From Savitreella phatthalungensis (lineage: Eukaryota), in contig AP039695.1 in assembly GCA_051599415.1 (NCBI GenBank), positions 248,001 through 312,000 on the forward strand: 64,000 nt of DNA, read 5' to 3'. The notes under the pieces were generated by a model. That model saw only the letters and a list, made by a program, of their open reading frames with translations. It was not told the DNA's origin and did not search any database. This document shows positions 12,337 to 22,491 of this stretch, in pieces. How positions within the stretch are numbered: position 1 is the first letter of the stretch; the number at the start of each line of letters is the position of its first letter. The position numbers were made by a program, and so were the translations under genes.

Positions 12337-13593
12337 CTAGACAATGCCACTAGACCCAGTGTCGCTGTCTGCTGGCATCTGCAAAGTCTCGTTCGATAGC
12401 TCGAACCCGGGTCTAATGCGCAAGAGGATGTTAGGAGTGTTATGAGCCATGTGAGTCAGGGCGCCATGCTCACCGCTCGCTCGAAGCCAAGCATAGAAAT
12501 GCTCCTGAGACCATTGCTGAGAAGGTGGCTGGCTGAGCCATGAAGCTGCAATTCCAACCGCAAGCGCATTTGACAGCGATGTCCCAGAGTCTATCGTCCA
12601 TCTGGGTCCGCGCTCGTCAAACAAGGGCACCACAATGCTGTGACCGGGCGCAATTGCATCCACAGTAGGACCCCAATTACTCCAGCTCATCATCTGATCA
12701 GTCGGTGTAGAGCCAGCGACGGTGAACACCGACTGGCTGTGCTGGGGTGAGAGCATCTCTGCAGGTTCATTCAGGTTGCCTGCAGCGACGAGAAATGGCA
12801 CGCGCGCTGCCGTTGTCTGATCAGCTGCGTGATCAAGTATGACAGCTCTTGAGAGTCCCCAGCATCCACACATAATCGCTGGCTCTCTTCTGCGCGATAT
12901 ATCCTCCAGCGCAGCCTCGATCCCACGAACACCGTCGAGTGGACCCATGGCGGTGTACCCGTCCATGACAGCAATACTCACGATCCTCGCATGCTTCGCT
13001 ACACCCCATATCCTACCTGCCGCAAGCGCAGCCATCGTTGCCCCATGTCTGGCATAAGGTCCAAAATGTCCACGCCCCCCGACTGCGTCGTCCTCGACCT
13101 GCACTTGACGAACTCGTCCCTGTAGATCTTCTATCTGAGGATCGACTTTTGTGTCGAGCACATATATCGTCACGCCGAGCCCCGAGGCGTCCTCGTTGTA
13201 TGTCCAGCTGTAAGTCAGAGGCTCTAGCACCGCTCGAGGTCGATCGAATCGTACGGGACCGCCGCGAGCAATTCTCGACATTGCCCAGGAGACTCCTCTT
13301 TGCGTTCGTCTGACCATGCCCGCCTGCTCGACACGATCGACCTCGACCGTCAGTCCACGCGTGTTCTGCAAGGACGCAGTGTACCGCTGCGCATCTGGGC
13401 CTTTCAATACGAAGCCGTTGACAAATTTGAAAGTTTCGCCCAGATGGCTGCCAGCTTGCAGCTGTTCGAGAATAACCGGATGGACCAAAGCGGAAGCATG
13501 GGTCGATTGAGCCGTGCTCGATATCAACCAGACCTGCTCTATTGCCAATGTTGCGCCTCCACAGAGCGCTACTGCTCCGCTGAACCACCACAT
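12337..13593 (-). CDS. Secreted S8A (proteinase K-like) subtilase, divergent copy 1
   Basis: Hydrophobic N-terminus. Catalytic motifs IYVLD, HGATMAALAAG and SGTSLS, plus oxyanion AAGN and SNWGPTVDAIAPG. Confidence 0.88.
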   Translation of the reverse strand: MWWFSGAVALCGGATLAIEQVWLISSTAQSTHASALVHPVILEQLQAGSHLGETFKFVNGFVLKGPDAQRYTASLQNTRGLTVEVDRVEQAGMVRRTQRGVSWAMSRIARGGPVRFDRPRAVLEPLTYSWTYNEDASGLGVTIYVLDTKVDPQIEDLQGRVRQVQVEDDAVGGRGHFGPYARHGATMAALAAGRIWGVAKHARIVSIAVMDGYTAMGPLDGVRGIEAALEDISRRREPAIMCGCWGLSRAVILDHAADQTTAARVPFLVAAGNLNEPAEMLSPQHSQSVFTVAGSTPTDQMMSWSNWGPTVDAIAPGHSIVVPLFDERGPRWTIDSGTSLSNALAVGIAASWLSQPPSQQWSQEHFYAWLRASGEHGALTHMAHNTPNILLRIRPGFELSNETLQMPADSDTGSSGIV

Positions 13594-13750
13594 TGGCGCA
13601 TCAATTGCTCACTTACGCACGACAGTATGTTTTTGCGCATCTCTTCAGACACGTCTTAGACGACAACCATGAGCATTCCGGAACCAAGATCAGGTGACGT
13701 TCCTGGACTTCACGCGCGATGCAATCCGTGGACTCAGATCAGTCAATCCG

Positions 13751-14935
13751 TCATTTGGGAGACTGCAACAGGATATTCGTCGTCCCACCTGGCACGTCGC
13801 TGATCACATTGTACTCCCCTGTGACCTGTAGCCACGAATACAGCTCATGCTGTTGCCATCGGGATCTGGATAACCTGCTAAGCCAGCAAGCTGCCACACC
13901 GGCCGTCATCGCTGCCGACATTGACGTCCCGTGCCTAGAAATATATCGTCGGCCGGTCTCAAAGTCCGGGACAGCGATGTCTTGTGCAGGAGCGAGCAGC
14001 TTCACGCATGGTCCGTGACCGCTCCAGCTGACAAACTGGTCATTCACATTTGTACCTCCGACAACGAGGACGGATGCAGCAGACTGTGGCGATTTGGTGC
14101 ACGAATCCTCGGCACGATTGCCTGCAGATGATAAGAAAGGGACATCCAGAGCCGTTGCCCTGTCTGCTGCATCATTCAAGGAATCGTATACGGCGAGACC
14201 CCAGCTGGCGCTGATGACTGCAGGCCGGCGTCGCTTGCCGATGTCTGCCAATGCCGCTTCGATGCCACTTATCGCAGACCGCAATGTCACCCAGCCGTTA
14301 TCGTGCATGACGCGCACAGACACCACCGAAGCCCGTTTAGCGACTCCAAAGGACGCACTTGCAGCAATAGCCGTCATCGCTCCTCCATGATATGCCTTGA
14401 TCTGGCCCTCATTCTCATTCCCAATGTGCTTCAGCTGCGGAACTTCCAAGCATCGAACTCGAGAGCCGTATTCGGACGACGGCCCGCACTCAAAGCTCGA
14501 GTCGAGCACGTAAATCGATACTCCCGCGCCCGAACTCGAATCGTCATACGTATACTGGTATATCGTCGGCAGCTCGTCCAATGGTGGCACGTTGTCGATC
14601 GGCGTCTCTTGTGAGATCCGTTGGAGAGCCCAGGAAGTACGCGATTGGATCCTCCTCTCATGAGTTGCCCCAATATTCACAAAATCTTCCTCGACGATCA
14701 GACCTTTCGTCTGTTGCAGGGCTGACACAAGGCTTGCTTCAGACATAGCATCCAGCACGACGCCATTCAGCCGATGAAACGGCCTAGAGAGCCAGCCTCG
14801 AACCTCCAGTCCTTCGAGCACGACGGGATGAATGAGAGCGTCGACGTGAGAAGACAAGCTTCGACTGGAGACAACATAGCCGGCCGAATGGCGCTCAGCG
14901 CCTGAGAGTGCCGCGAACAAGGCGACGACGAACAT
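13751..14935 (-). CDS. Secreted S8A subtilase, divergent copy 2
   Basis: Probable start MFVVALFAALSGA (signal-like) at 14935. Motifs IYVLDS, HGGAMTAIAAS, SAGN, GPCVKLLAP and HGTSMSAAMTAG. Confidence 0.86.
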   Translation of the reverse strand: MFVVALFAALSGAERHSAGYVVSSRSLSSHVDALIHPVVLEGLEVRGWLSRPFHRLNGVVLDAMSEASLVSALQQTKGLIVEEDFVNIGATHERRIQSRTSWALQRISQETPIDNVPPLDELPTIYQYTYDDSSSGAGVSIYVLDSSFECGPSSEYGSRVRCLEVPQLKHIGNENEGQIKAYHGGAMTAIAASASFGVAKRASVVSVRVMHDNGWVTLRSAISGIEAALADIGKRRRPAVISASWGLAVYDSLNDAADRATALDVPFLSSAGNRAEDSCTKSPQSAASVLVVGGTNVNDQFVSWSGHGPCVKLLAPAQDIAVPDFETGRRYISRHGTSMSAAMTAGVAACWLSRLSRSRWQQHELYSWLQVTGEYNVISDVPGGTTNILLQSPK

Positions 14936-15386
14936 CAAATCGAAGCACCGAGACTGCCTTGGGACGCTTGAAATGGCCCCAGCCATATCATGTTCTTGCA
15001 AGCGCGGTCGAGTGAAACGCGACCGCGTGATCGACCACGGTCTGAAGCGCGTGCGACATGGATACAATCTCAACCTTACATCGCAGAGGATCTACAAGAG
15101 ACAATAGCCTGCCACGTCTGACTGGCATTGCCATTCTGCCTCATACGCGGGCACACGCGTGACTTTAGATCCGTCATCAGACACTCTTTCGCGGCTGAAG
15201 CTTCTGTCCCACGGATCGGTGATCATGCCTGTGCTGCCAAAGTCATTGCCCGTGTCGCAGATCGGTGGGATCTCTACTCAGCTACACACATCTAGCTCGA
15301 CAACAACACCAACAGACAATCTCCCTGTCAGCGATATCACATCGTCCCTACCTTCCCTGTGACAGCTACAAGAGCCTGTCACGTCA

Positions 15387-17270
15387 ATGTCCAGGCCTCG
15401 AGGTCCTATGAAGAGGATGTCTCCAGCCGCTCATTCCACAGGCTCAACCAATGGTACCGAGAAGCGTTTCTTCGATACCGACTATGAGCTCGATCGTGCT
15501 GCGCTCGACACGGACGAAGACCTGTTCAAGCCAGGCAGAAGGCGATCTCTTTTCAGGAGGCTCTTGCCACGATTTCTCCTGATCGCTGCAGCCATACAAT
15601 GCCTACTTCTTATGGGCTACCAGTACAACAAGCTGTCCTCACGTCCTGTGGCGGTCACTCCCGCAGGAGCTGTTACGGATCACCCCAAACCATCGAGCCA
15701 GCCAGCTCGTCAGAAGGGCACTGCAGACCTGCGCGCGCAAAATGATCTGTTCAACGGCCTCAAGTATCTCAAACGTGGAGACGTTGTGCTCATCATGAAG
15801 ACTGGCGCCCTTACAGGGAATCGCGCGCTTCAACAGCTCAGCACCTTCGCCCGGATCGGCAGCTGGTTCACGCCAGACAACGTGATCGTCCTGTCGGACT
15901 ATAACTTCACCCTGATCAGTGGCCACCACGCCAGAGACGTGGTGCATGTGCTTGAGGACGACCCAAAAGTGACCGAGTCTGAAAAGTGGCATCTTTACAA
16001 GGAGCAGATCCAGGTGATGGCCGATACGAAGCGCGATCCGCTGAGCTTCAACGACAAGGCAAAGCCAGGTGGCTTCAGCGGCGGTTGGCAAGTTGACGGT
16101 CTCAAATTCATCCCAGGCTTCCAGCAAGCCTACCAGGTCTTCCCAAACGCCAAGTGGTTCCTCGGTATCGACGACGACACGTATGTCAACACCCGCAACG
16201 TCGTCCGTGTACTAGACCTACTCGACCCGCAAAAGCCCCTATACACAGGAGCGGTGCATTACATGACCGCGAATGGCCGAAACTTTGCCCACGGCAGCTT
16301 CTCCATCTACAGCGTAGGCGCAATGCGACGTCGATTCGGTTCAAACGCCGAAGGCGGTCTCGGCAGCCGTGCCGAACTTGCCACGTACAACCACGCGATT
16401 CTTGAGCTGTGCTGTGGCGACGGTGTGATGGGAATGGCGATGGAAGACGCCGGCGTTCCACCGAACAACGACTTTGCCACATTCTTCAATGGCGAGCCGC
16501 CGGAGAACGTCCAGCTGACGAGCGACCGCGTCTGCATTCCACTCTTCGGATTCCATCACATCGATGCTGACCGACTCCAAATCCTACACGGCCAGCTCGC
16601 ACCCATCCACGAAGGTCTCACTGAGACCTGGCTCGACATGTACGTCAAGCTTCTCGCGGCCGATCTACGACAAAACTTCGAAGGCGTTTCTGAGATTGAA
16701 GGCAACCTGCACGGCAGCGGCAACAACCCCCGACGAGGATCCATACTCGGCGAGACGGATACGCGTGGGCCATGGGCTGTGATTCGGGATCACCTGGATG
16801 ACAAGCCTGTGGTGAACTCGTGGTTCTCGGACTGGGAGTCTGAGAGTGGTAGTGACGGTGCTGCTGACCTTGAATGGGGCGAACACACGCCATCGGCAGA
16901 CCTGTGTCTCCGCACCTGCAACTACCAGACCATCAACGCTGGCAACCCGTCCAAGGCACAGATCTCCGGTGGCTGCGCAGCATGGACATACCTCGAGGTC
17001 AACCCATCCACAGGCGACCCTCTCCCCAAACCACGATGCAGGCTATCCCCCTTCGCATACCTTCGCCGTACAATGTCGCCGGAGGAAGCCAAGCAGCGTT
17101 CGCCAACGAATAATGGCGTCGTCGTCAGAGCGGGTTTAAACACGCAGCAACTAGAGAAGTGGCAAGCGATGTGTGATACCGAAAATCCCACCACACACCG
17201 ACGCAAGTGGCAAGACCTCGTCCTCGAACGTCGACAGTGGCTTCGGAAAGAAGTCGCAGACAACGCGTAG
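15387..17270 (+). CDS. Type II membrane glycosyltransferase family 31 (Fringe/C1GalT-like) with Cys-containing C-terminal domain
   Basis: Single N-terminal TM after a basic cluster. Motifs VLIMKTG, KWFLGIDDDTYV (DxD), LDPQKPLYTG, CCGDGVMG and FHH. Confidence 0.85.
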   Translation: MSRPRGPMKRMSPAAHSTGSTNGTEKRFFDTDYELDRAALDTDEDLFKPGRRRSLFRRLLPRFLLIAAAIQCLLLMGYQYNKLSSRPVAVTPAGAVTDHPKPSSQPARQKGTADLRAQNDLFNGLKYLKRGDVVLIMKTGALTGNRALQQLSTFARIGSWFTPDNVIVLSDYNFTLISGHHARDVVHVLEDDPKVTESEKWHLYKEQIQVMADTKRDPLSFNDKAKPGGFSGGWQVDGLKFIPGFQQAYQVFPNAKWFLGIDDDTYVNTRNVVRVLDLLDPQKPLYTGAVHYMTANGRNFAHGSFSIYSVGAMRRRFGSNAEGGLGSRAELATYNHAILELCCGDGVMGMAMEDAGVPPNNDFATFFNGEPPENVQLTSDRVCIPLFGFHHIDADRLQILHGQLAPIHEGLTETWLDMYVKLLAADLRQNFEGVSEIEGNLHGSGNNPRRGSILGETDTRGPWAVIRDHLDDKPVVNSWFSDWESESGSDGAADLEWGEHTPSADLCLRTCNYQTINAGNPSKAQISGGCAAWTYLEVNPSTGDPLPKPRCRLSPFAYLRRTMSPEEAKQRSPTNNGVVVRAGLNTQQLEKWQAMCDTENPTTHRRKWQDLVLERRQWLRKEVADNA

Positions 17271-17406
17271 AAGACCAAAAAAAAGAAACACATTCACTCA
17301 CTGCAACGGCTAAAAAATATCTTGTGTTTGTGCGTGCGTCATTATGTTCGTGTCATTGAAAGAGAGAGAAAAAGAGAAAGTGGAAAGTATCGAGCGAGTG
17401 AGAGTG

Positions 17407-18348
17407 TTACACGCTCATGGCCATCTTGACAGCTGGCCAAGGGTCATATCCTTCGACGACAAAGTCTTCGTACTTGAAGTCGTCGATATTGCGCTTTTCG
17501 CCTCCTTTTCTCGGGGTGATGCGGAGCTTCGGGAACGGTCTGGGTTGTCTGTCGATTTGGATTTTAAGGGCTTCGAGGTGATCGAGGTAGATATGGGCAT
17601 CGCCCATCACATGGACAAGCTCTCCAGCCTCCATCCCACACACCTCAGCCACCATCCGCGTCAGCATCGCATAACTCGCAATATTGAATGGTACCCCCAA
17701 ACCCATATCGCAAGACCGCTGGTACAGCTGGCAGCTCAATCTCCCCTTGCCGCGATTTTCAGCTGTTGGAGGCTCGTCTGTGGGAGCGTTCGGGAAGGAC
17801 ACGTAGAACTGGCAGAACATGTGGCAGGGTGGGAGTGCCATGGCTTTAAGATCTGCTGGGTTCCAGGCGGACATGATGATACGGCGATCGTAGGGTGTGT
17901 TGGTGATCTTGTGGATGCACTCTTGGAGCTGGTCGACTCCCTGGCCCGTGTAGTCTGCGTCGCAGTCTGTGTAGCGCGCGCCAAAGTGACGCCACTGAAA
18001 CCCGTACACGGGACCGAGGTCGCCCTCACGCCGGTGGGAGAGACCGACGCTGTCCAGGTACGCACGAGATCCATTACCTTCCCAGATCTTCACACCCAGC
18101 TCACCAAGCTTCGTACCGTCCGTGCACCCGCGCACAAACCATAGCAGCTCGTGGAAGATCGCCTTCGTGAACACCTTCTTCGTCGTCAGCAGAGGGAACG
18201 TCTCGTTCGACAGGTCGAATCGGAGTTGTGGAGGTGCAAAGAGTGAGAGCGTTCCAGTGCCAGTCCGATCAGGACGGCGTTCCCCACGAGCCATGATCTC
18301 CCGGATCAGGTCGAGGTACTGGTACTCCTGATGCTGATCGACCGTCAT
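17407..18348 (-). CDS. CDC21: Thymidylate synthase
   Basis: [34 protein letters not shown] (catalytic Cys) and [18 protein letters not shown]. Confidence 0.99.
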   Translation of the reverse strand: MTVDQHQEYQYLDLIREIMARGERRPDRTGTGTLSLFAPPQLRFDLSNETFPLLTTKKVFTKAIFHELLWFVRGCTDGTKLGELGVKIWEGNGSRAYLDSVGLSHRREGDLGPVYGFQWRHFGARYTDCDADYTGQGVDQLQECIHKITNTPYDRRIIMSAWNPADLKAMALPPCHMFCQFYVSFPNAPTDEPPTAENRGKGRLSCQLYQRSCDMGLGVPFNIASYAMLTRMVAEVCGMEAGELVHVMGDAHIYLDHLEALKIQIDRQPRPFPKLRITPRKGGEKRNIDDFKYEDFVVEGYDPWPAVKMAMSV

Positions 18349-18462
18349 GCGTTGCTTCGAGCGAAGATGTCAGATGAAGGAGAGGATTGATGATGTTGAT
18401 GAAGCAAGGGTCGTGTACTTGTAGAGTTGACCAGCAGGGTGAAAGTGAGAGAAGAGGTTGCG

Positions 18463-18549
18463 TCGCGTCTTATATCCACACGCGTCTGAACGCGAATTTG
18501 ATTAAAGTCAAAGTCTTGATAATTGTTGAAGTAAGATTATTATTCGCGA
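18463..18549. promoter_or_regulatory. MCB (MluI cell-cycle box) cluster upstream of thymidylate synthase
   Basis: TCGCGT 18463, ACGCGT 18480, ACGCGA 18490 and TCGCGA 18544. Thymidylate synthase is a classical MBF target in yeasts. Confidence 0.7.
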
Positions 18550-18649
18550 ATAAGGGATGATCATTGAAGATTTTGTTTGATTTCTTAGATTGAATTTGAT
18601 TGCCCGATAGCTTAACGTAATAATTGCTAACGATGCTTGTGATTGAAGC

Positions 18650-20395
18650 TTAATTTGTGATTCTATGATCGCCGCATGTGCAAATGCCTGCCTGGCCTCC
18701 TGCGGTTTTTTGAATTTTCAATCGTATAAGACCAACCAACTTCCAGAAACCATCCTGACTGCTGGGTGCTTCGAACAAGTCGAGGTTCATCTCTTGCGGA
18801 TGAGCAAGCTGGGGATTGGCACAGAGGATCTGGTCGTCGTGATTAGGATGCTTCCATTGACGGATCAACTGCTGGTGGTCGAATGCAGAGGAGAGTGCAG
18901 AAGAGAGGACGGCCGAGACATCTTCGCTCGTCCGGAGTCTCTCGTCGCGGCCGGATGTATGCGTATAGAGTGAAGAAGAGATTCCATCAGACGTCGACAT
19001 GCAGGCTCGCGTGGCGCCTGCAGTGGCTTGAGCCGAGACGCCGTCGAGCACGTCAGATACTGAGATACGTCTCAGATTCTCGTCATTGCGGGACTCAATT
19101 TGGCTGCCTGTACTGTTGTAGACGATGGACGACTGCTTCAATGGTGGCTGAATACTTGCCATGACTCCGCTGAAACCATCGAATGGAAGCTCGTGGGAGG
19201 TGCAGGTCATTAGTGGTTCGCCCAGCAGAGGCGTTGATGGACAATCTGAGAGAAGGCTCAAGTCGGAAACGATGCTGCAGACGGAGCAGGGAGAGAGGAG
19301 CCCTGGTGGTGCTCGTAGATCCGTTTCGCTGCCTGCGTCAGGATCGAGATCAGGTTGCCCTTGCACAAGACGGCGGGCTCTTTCTCTCATGTGCTTGCAT
19401 GTCCGACGTTCCTGAGGACGCTGATTTGCGCTTCCTGGAATAGCGATCGGCTGAGACTTTGCGCTGCTGGTGGAGGAGTATTCCGTGATATCAGAGTCCG
19501 AAGAAGGCATCTCACTTTCAGTGTGCGAATCTTCAGGGCGAGGGAGTAAAAGAACGACCACTTTTCTGAGCTTCTGACGCTTTGTGATTTGCTGCTCTGA
19601 AATTCCTGCAGATGCTTGATCAGACTCAGCAAGTGAGGTACTTCGCTTGCGCTTGTTGACTGCCGGTCGTGATGAGGTACGAGCTGGTGTCTTGCCGGGC
19701 CCCTCCTGCTGCTGCTGCTGCTGCTGCTTCTTCTTCTCACCTTTAGTAGCGGCTGCAGTGTCTTTGGGTGTACTCTTTGGCTTGCTGTGTGACTTGGCCT
19801 TAGTCTGTGACTGAGATCGAGCTGGTGTTGCTACTGCTGCTACCTTGGAGGTGGCGGTGATTGAGTCAGACTTTTCGAGTTTTTGGTCCGAAGCGGTACC
19901 ACGGTCACGTGTTTTTGACTTATCCTTGACTAATCGAGCATGAGGCGTAGCAGGAAGCAGCTGAGCATCTATTGAATTTCGAGTTGCTCGTCCACGCGAG
20001 GATGGATGAGACGCCTCTTTGTCCAAGCTGTCCAACGATTCCCTTTGCGCATTGGTCGTATGACCGCGAGGCTGATGGTTCGGTTCTGCCTCTTTCACTC
20101 GCGATTGGCGTGCAGTCTTTGGCGGCGAGGGTGGATTTCCGAATTGCACAGCGAGGAGGTCGTGACAACCATACCTGCGGAAGATCTCGAGATATCTGTA
20201 GCGTAGAGAGCCGCGACCCCACTTGCGCCGTTTCGTTCCAGCCTGCAGTCCAGGCAAAGTGTTCAGCGGATGACCTTCGAGTGCTGACCACGTGATTGGA
20301 CATTTTTGTAAGTGATTCGTCAACAGCACGAGGACGTCCAATTCTTCTTCCAGTCGCTCACGAGAGATAGCAGCATTGGTCTCGGGCAGAAGCAT
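18650..20395 (-). CDS. Hypothetical low-complexity basic nuclear protein, possible divergent Myb/SANT-like N-terminus
   Basis: 581-aa ATG-initiated ORF with NLS-like KRKR and KRQKLRK, poly-Q and S-rich regions. N-terminal LVLLTNHLQKCPITWSAL...LRYRYLEI. Confidence 0.65.
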   Translation of the reverse strand: MLLPETNAAISRERLEEELDVLVLLTNHLQKCPITWSALEGHPLNTLPGLQAGTKRRKWGRGSLRYRYLEIFRRYGCHDLLAVQFGNPPSPPKTARQSRVKEAEPNHQPRGHTTNAQRESLDSLDKEASHPSSRGRATRNSIDAQLLPATPHARLVKDKSKTRDRGTASDQKLEKSDSITATSKVAAVATPARSQSQTKAKSHSKPKSTPKDTAAATKGEKKKQQQQQQQEGPGKTPARTSSRPAVNKRKRSTSLAESDQASAGISEQQITKRQKLRKVVVLLLPRPEDSHTESEMPSSDSDITEYSSTSSAKSQPIAIPGSANQRPQERRTCKHMRERARRLVQGQPDLDPDAGSETDLRAPPGLLSPCSVCSIVSDLSLLSDCPSTPLLGEPLMTCTSHELPFDGFSGVMASIQPPLKQSSIVYNSTGSQIESRNDENLRRISVSDVLDGVSAQATAGATRACMSTSDGISSSLYTHTSGRDERLRTSEDVSAVLSSALSSAFDHQQLIRQWKHPNHDDQILCANPQLAHPQEMNLDLFEAPSSQDGFWKLVGLIRLKIQKTAGGQAGICTCGDHRITN

Positions 20396-21710
20396 GACTC
20401 GAGGTCTGATGAAAGTTGTGAAAAACTGTGCGTGAAGCTCGAGCCTTGTTGAAAAAGATGCGTTGCTCGGCCAAAGCTTTTTGACTAGGTCGGTAGGATG
20501 ATCTCTTTGTGGATACCTGTGTTGATCTCGTCTCTGTGATCTGACAGACTGGTCAAGGTACTTGTACAGGCAGGAGTGTGATTGATTGCATGATCAGGGT
20601 ACTATGGGAAGGTGAGTCTAGAAGTAGATCTACCGAGATGAATCGAATGAGCTATGTGCTGGTTGATCGACGTCTCGTCTGACAGGGCTCTGATGGTCGT
20701 CTGAGTGTGTCAATGGTCTGAAGGCATCTCCCAGTGGCTAGATTGGCCGATGAAAGAACGGCGGATGTTCTCAGGGTGTATATGCAGGTGATTATACGTG
20801 GACTTTGTGCACCAGTGATCCAATGGTAGAGAGCCACGGTATCAATCACAGGCTCAGACATGGTGTGGAGCAGCAGCGTCTCCTTCTTGAATCCGCTCAT
20901 ATCTGACTCTGAGCCGCGCCAGGGAAGCTATCACATCTTCAGCCTGGTGAGCTTCTTATGCTTCCACCCTGCAGGCTAGCGCCATCAACTGCAACCTTGC
21001 AACTTGCAGTCAACCAGGCAATCAATCAATGTATTTGGGATTATCAGCCATTGTTATGTGGCGCCTCGGACTTGGGACGATCAATGAGATCTCGCAATGG
21101 GTCCACTAAATATGCTCAATGATGCACTTTGCGCGTCAGCTCTCATGGATTCAGCTCAGCAGATCCATCGCAGACCAAGGCCGTCAATCAGGACATTCTG
21201 ATTAAGCGAGTTGAGTCAGATACTAAAGTCATTCAACTAAGCTGCAGTCTACCTTGCCATATGAGAGCCATCTACTCACGACCAGACTGTGCTAAGACTA
21301 TACGCTGGTATTGATGCTTGGAGTCTGGAATGTTCATCAATTACGAAAATCATGCATGCAGGTGATTCCATCAACCGCTCTGGGTGGGACATGTCCATCT
21401 ACAGCTAAGCAACCTGTTACGAGAACACGTCGTGGTAGGTCAGTCGACGATAGCCACCTTACATCCATCTATTCATCTATACTGAACAACTACCGATCGA
21501 GTCAGTCAAAAAATTACAGAGCCAAACAGCGTGTTTCAGCTGAACAGCGTGTTTCAGAGTGTCGGGCGATAAAGGTCACATGAGAGATGTGCTTGCGACG
21601 AGAACTCTGCACCCTGCATATGTCAACGGGTCAGCACAAGAATTTTAGTCGACATCTTACCTAGCCTGTTGTCAAGAAGTCCCTCTCTCTCTCACGCACA
21701 CCTGCAAGAC

Positions 21711-22274
21711 ATGAGATTCCAGCTTTCGTATCTCACTCAAGACGAGTTGTCTTTCCTCGGGTACTGCCTCCTCTGTCTCAAGGACGGGATAAAAATAAAT
21801 CAAGTAAACTGGTTTCTTGTCGCCCAGCACCACCCCCGTGTCACGCATCCGAGAGCTGCAGCAAACAAGTTTCGAACAGCGCTCATGAGGTGTCATTATG
21901 CACCTGACGTGGAAGTCTCAGACGCTGGGGAGAGTGGCGATAGATCGGTTGTTAGCACGCCGGTGACGCCGCCAAGCAAGGCTCGCACTCAGCCTGACAA
22001 ACAATTGCCGAAGAAGCGTAAGGTTGTGAGCGAGACTAAAAGCGAGACCAAAAGCGAGCTATCCGAGCCCACATCCACCTCGTGTGATAGAGAAGAGGAA
22101 ACGGCGGAAAGTTCACACAAGGAGCACAACAGCAGCCCGCGCAAGAAGCCCAGAGTCGGTAGGAGACCCTTACATCCTCATGCACTACGCGAGCTGACCC
22201 AAACAGATGCAATCCTAAACAACGACGGATTTGTCAAGACCGACGCAGTCAACGGTCAAAGCAGCGCCATCTAA
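21711..22274 (+). CDS. Hypothetical protein with fungal Myb-like N-terminal domain
   Basis: ATG at 21711. FLGYCLLCLKDG...VNWFLVAQHH...AAANKFRTAL resembles the small fungal Myb-like domain pattern (FL..C...VDW..VA...AA..R). NLS-like PKKRK and PRKKPR. Confidence 0.6.
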   Translation: MRFQLSYLTQDELSFLGYCLLCLKDGIKINQVNWFLVAQHHPRVTHPRAAANKFRTALMRCHYAPDVEVSDAGESGDRSVVSTPVTPPSKARTQPDKQLPKKRKVVSETKSETKSELSEPTSTSCDREEETAESSHKEHNSSPRKKPRVGRRPLHPHALRELTQTDAILNNDGFVKTDAVNGQSSAI

Positions 22275-22491
22275 AATCATGCCCCATCGTCAGTCACACT
22301 ACCATGCTAATCTGATCTGCCTAAAGGACATTAAATTTGATTTTCGTGTCGTATGAGCGTGAATGTGCAGGCTGATTTCACGTAACAAGCGTACAACGAC
22401 GTCATTTGAAGTCATCGGAGTTTCTCTGTGCCATGTACAGCACCAGTGCCTCGACGCGTTGAAGCATGAATAGAACAATTTTCTTACTGCG

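Noticed and set aside
17344..18144. 266-aa ORF antisense to thymidylate synthase
   Set aside because: Mirror frame of a GC3-biased conserved gene with no recognisable domain.
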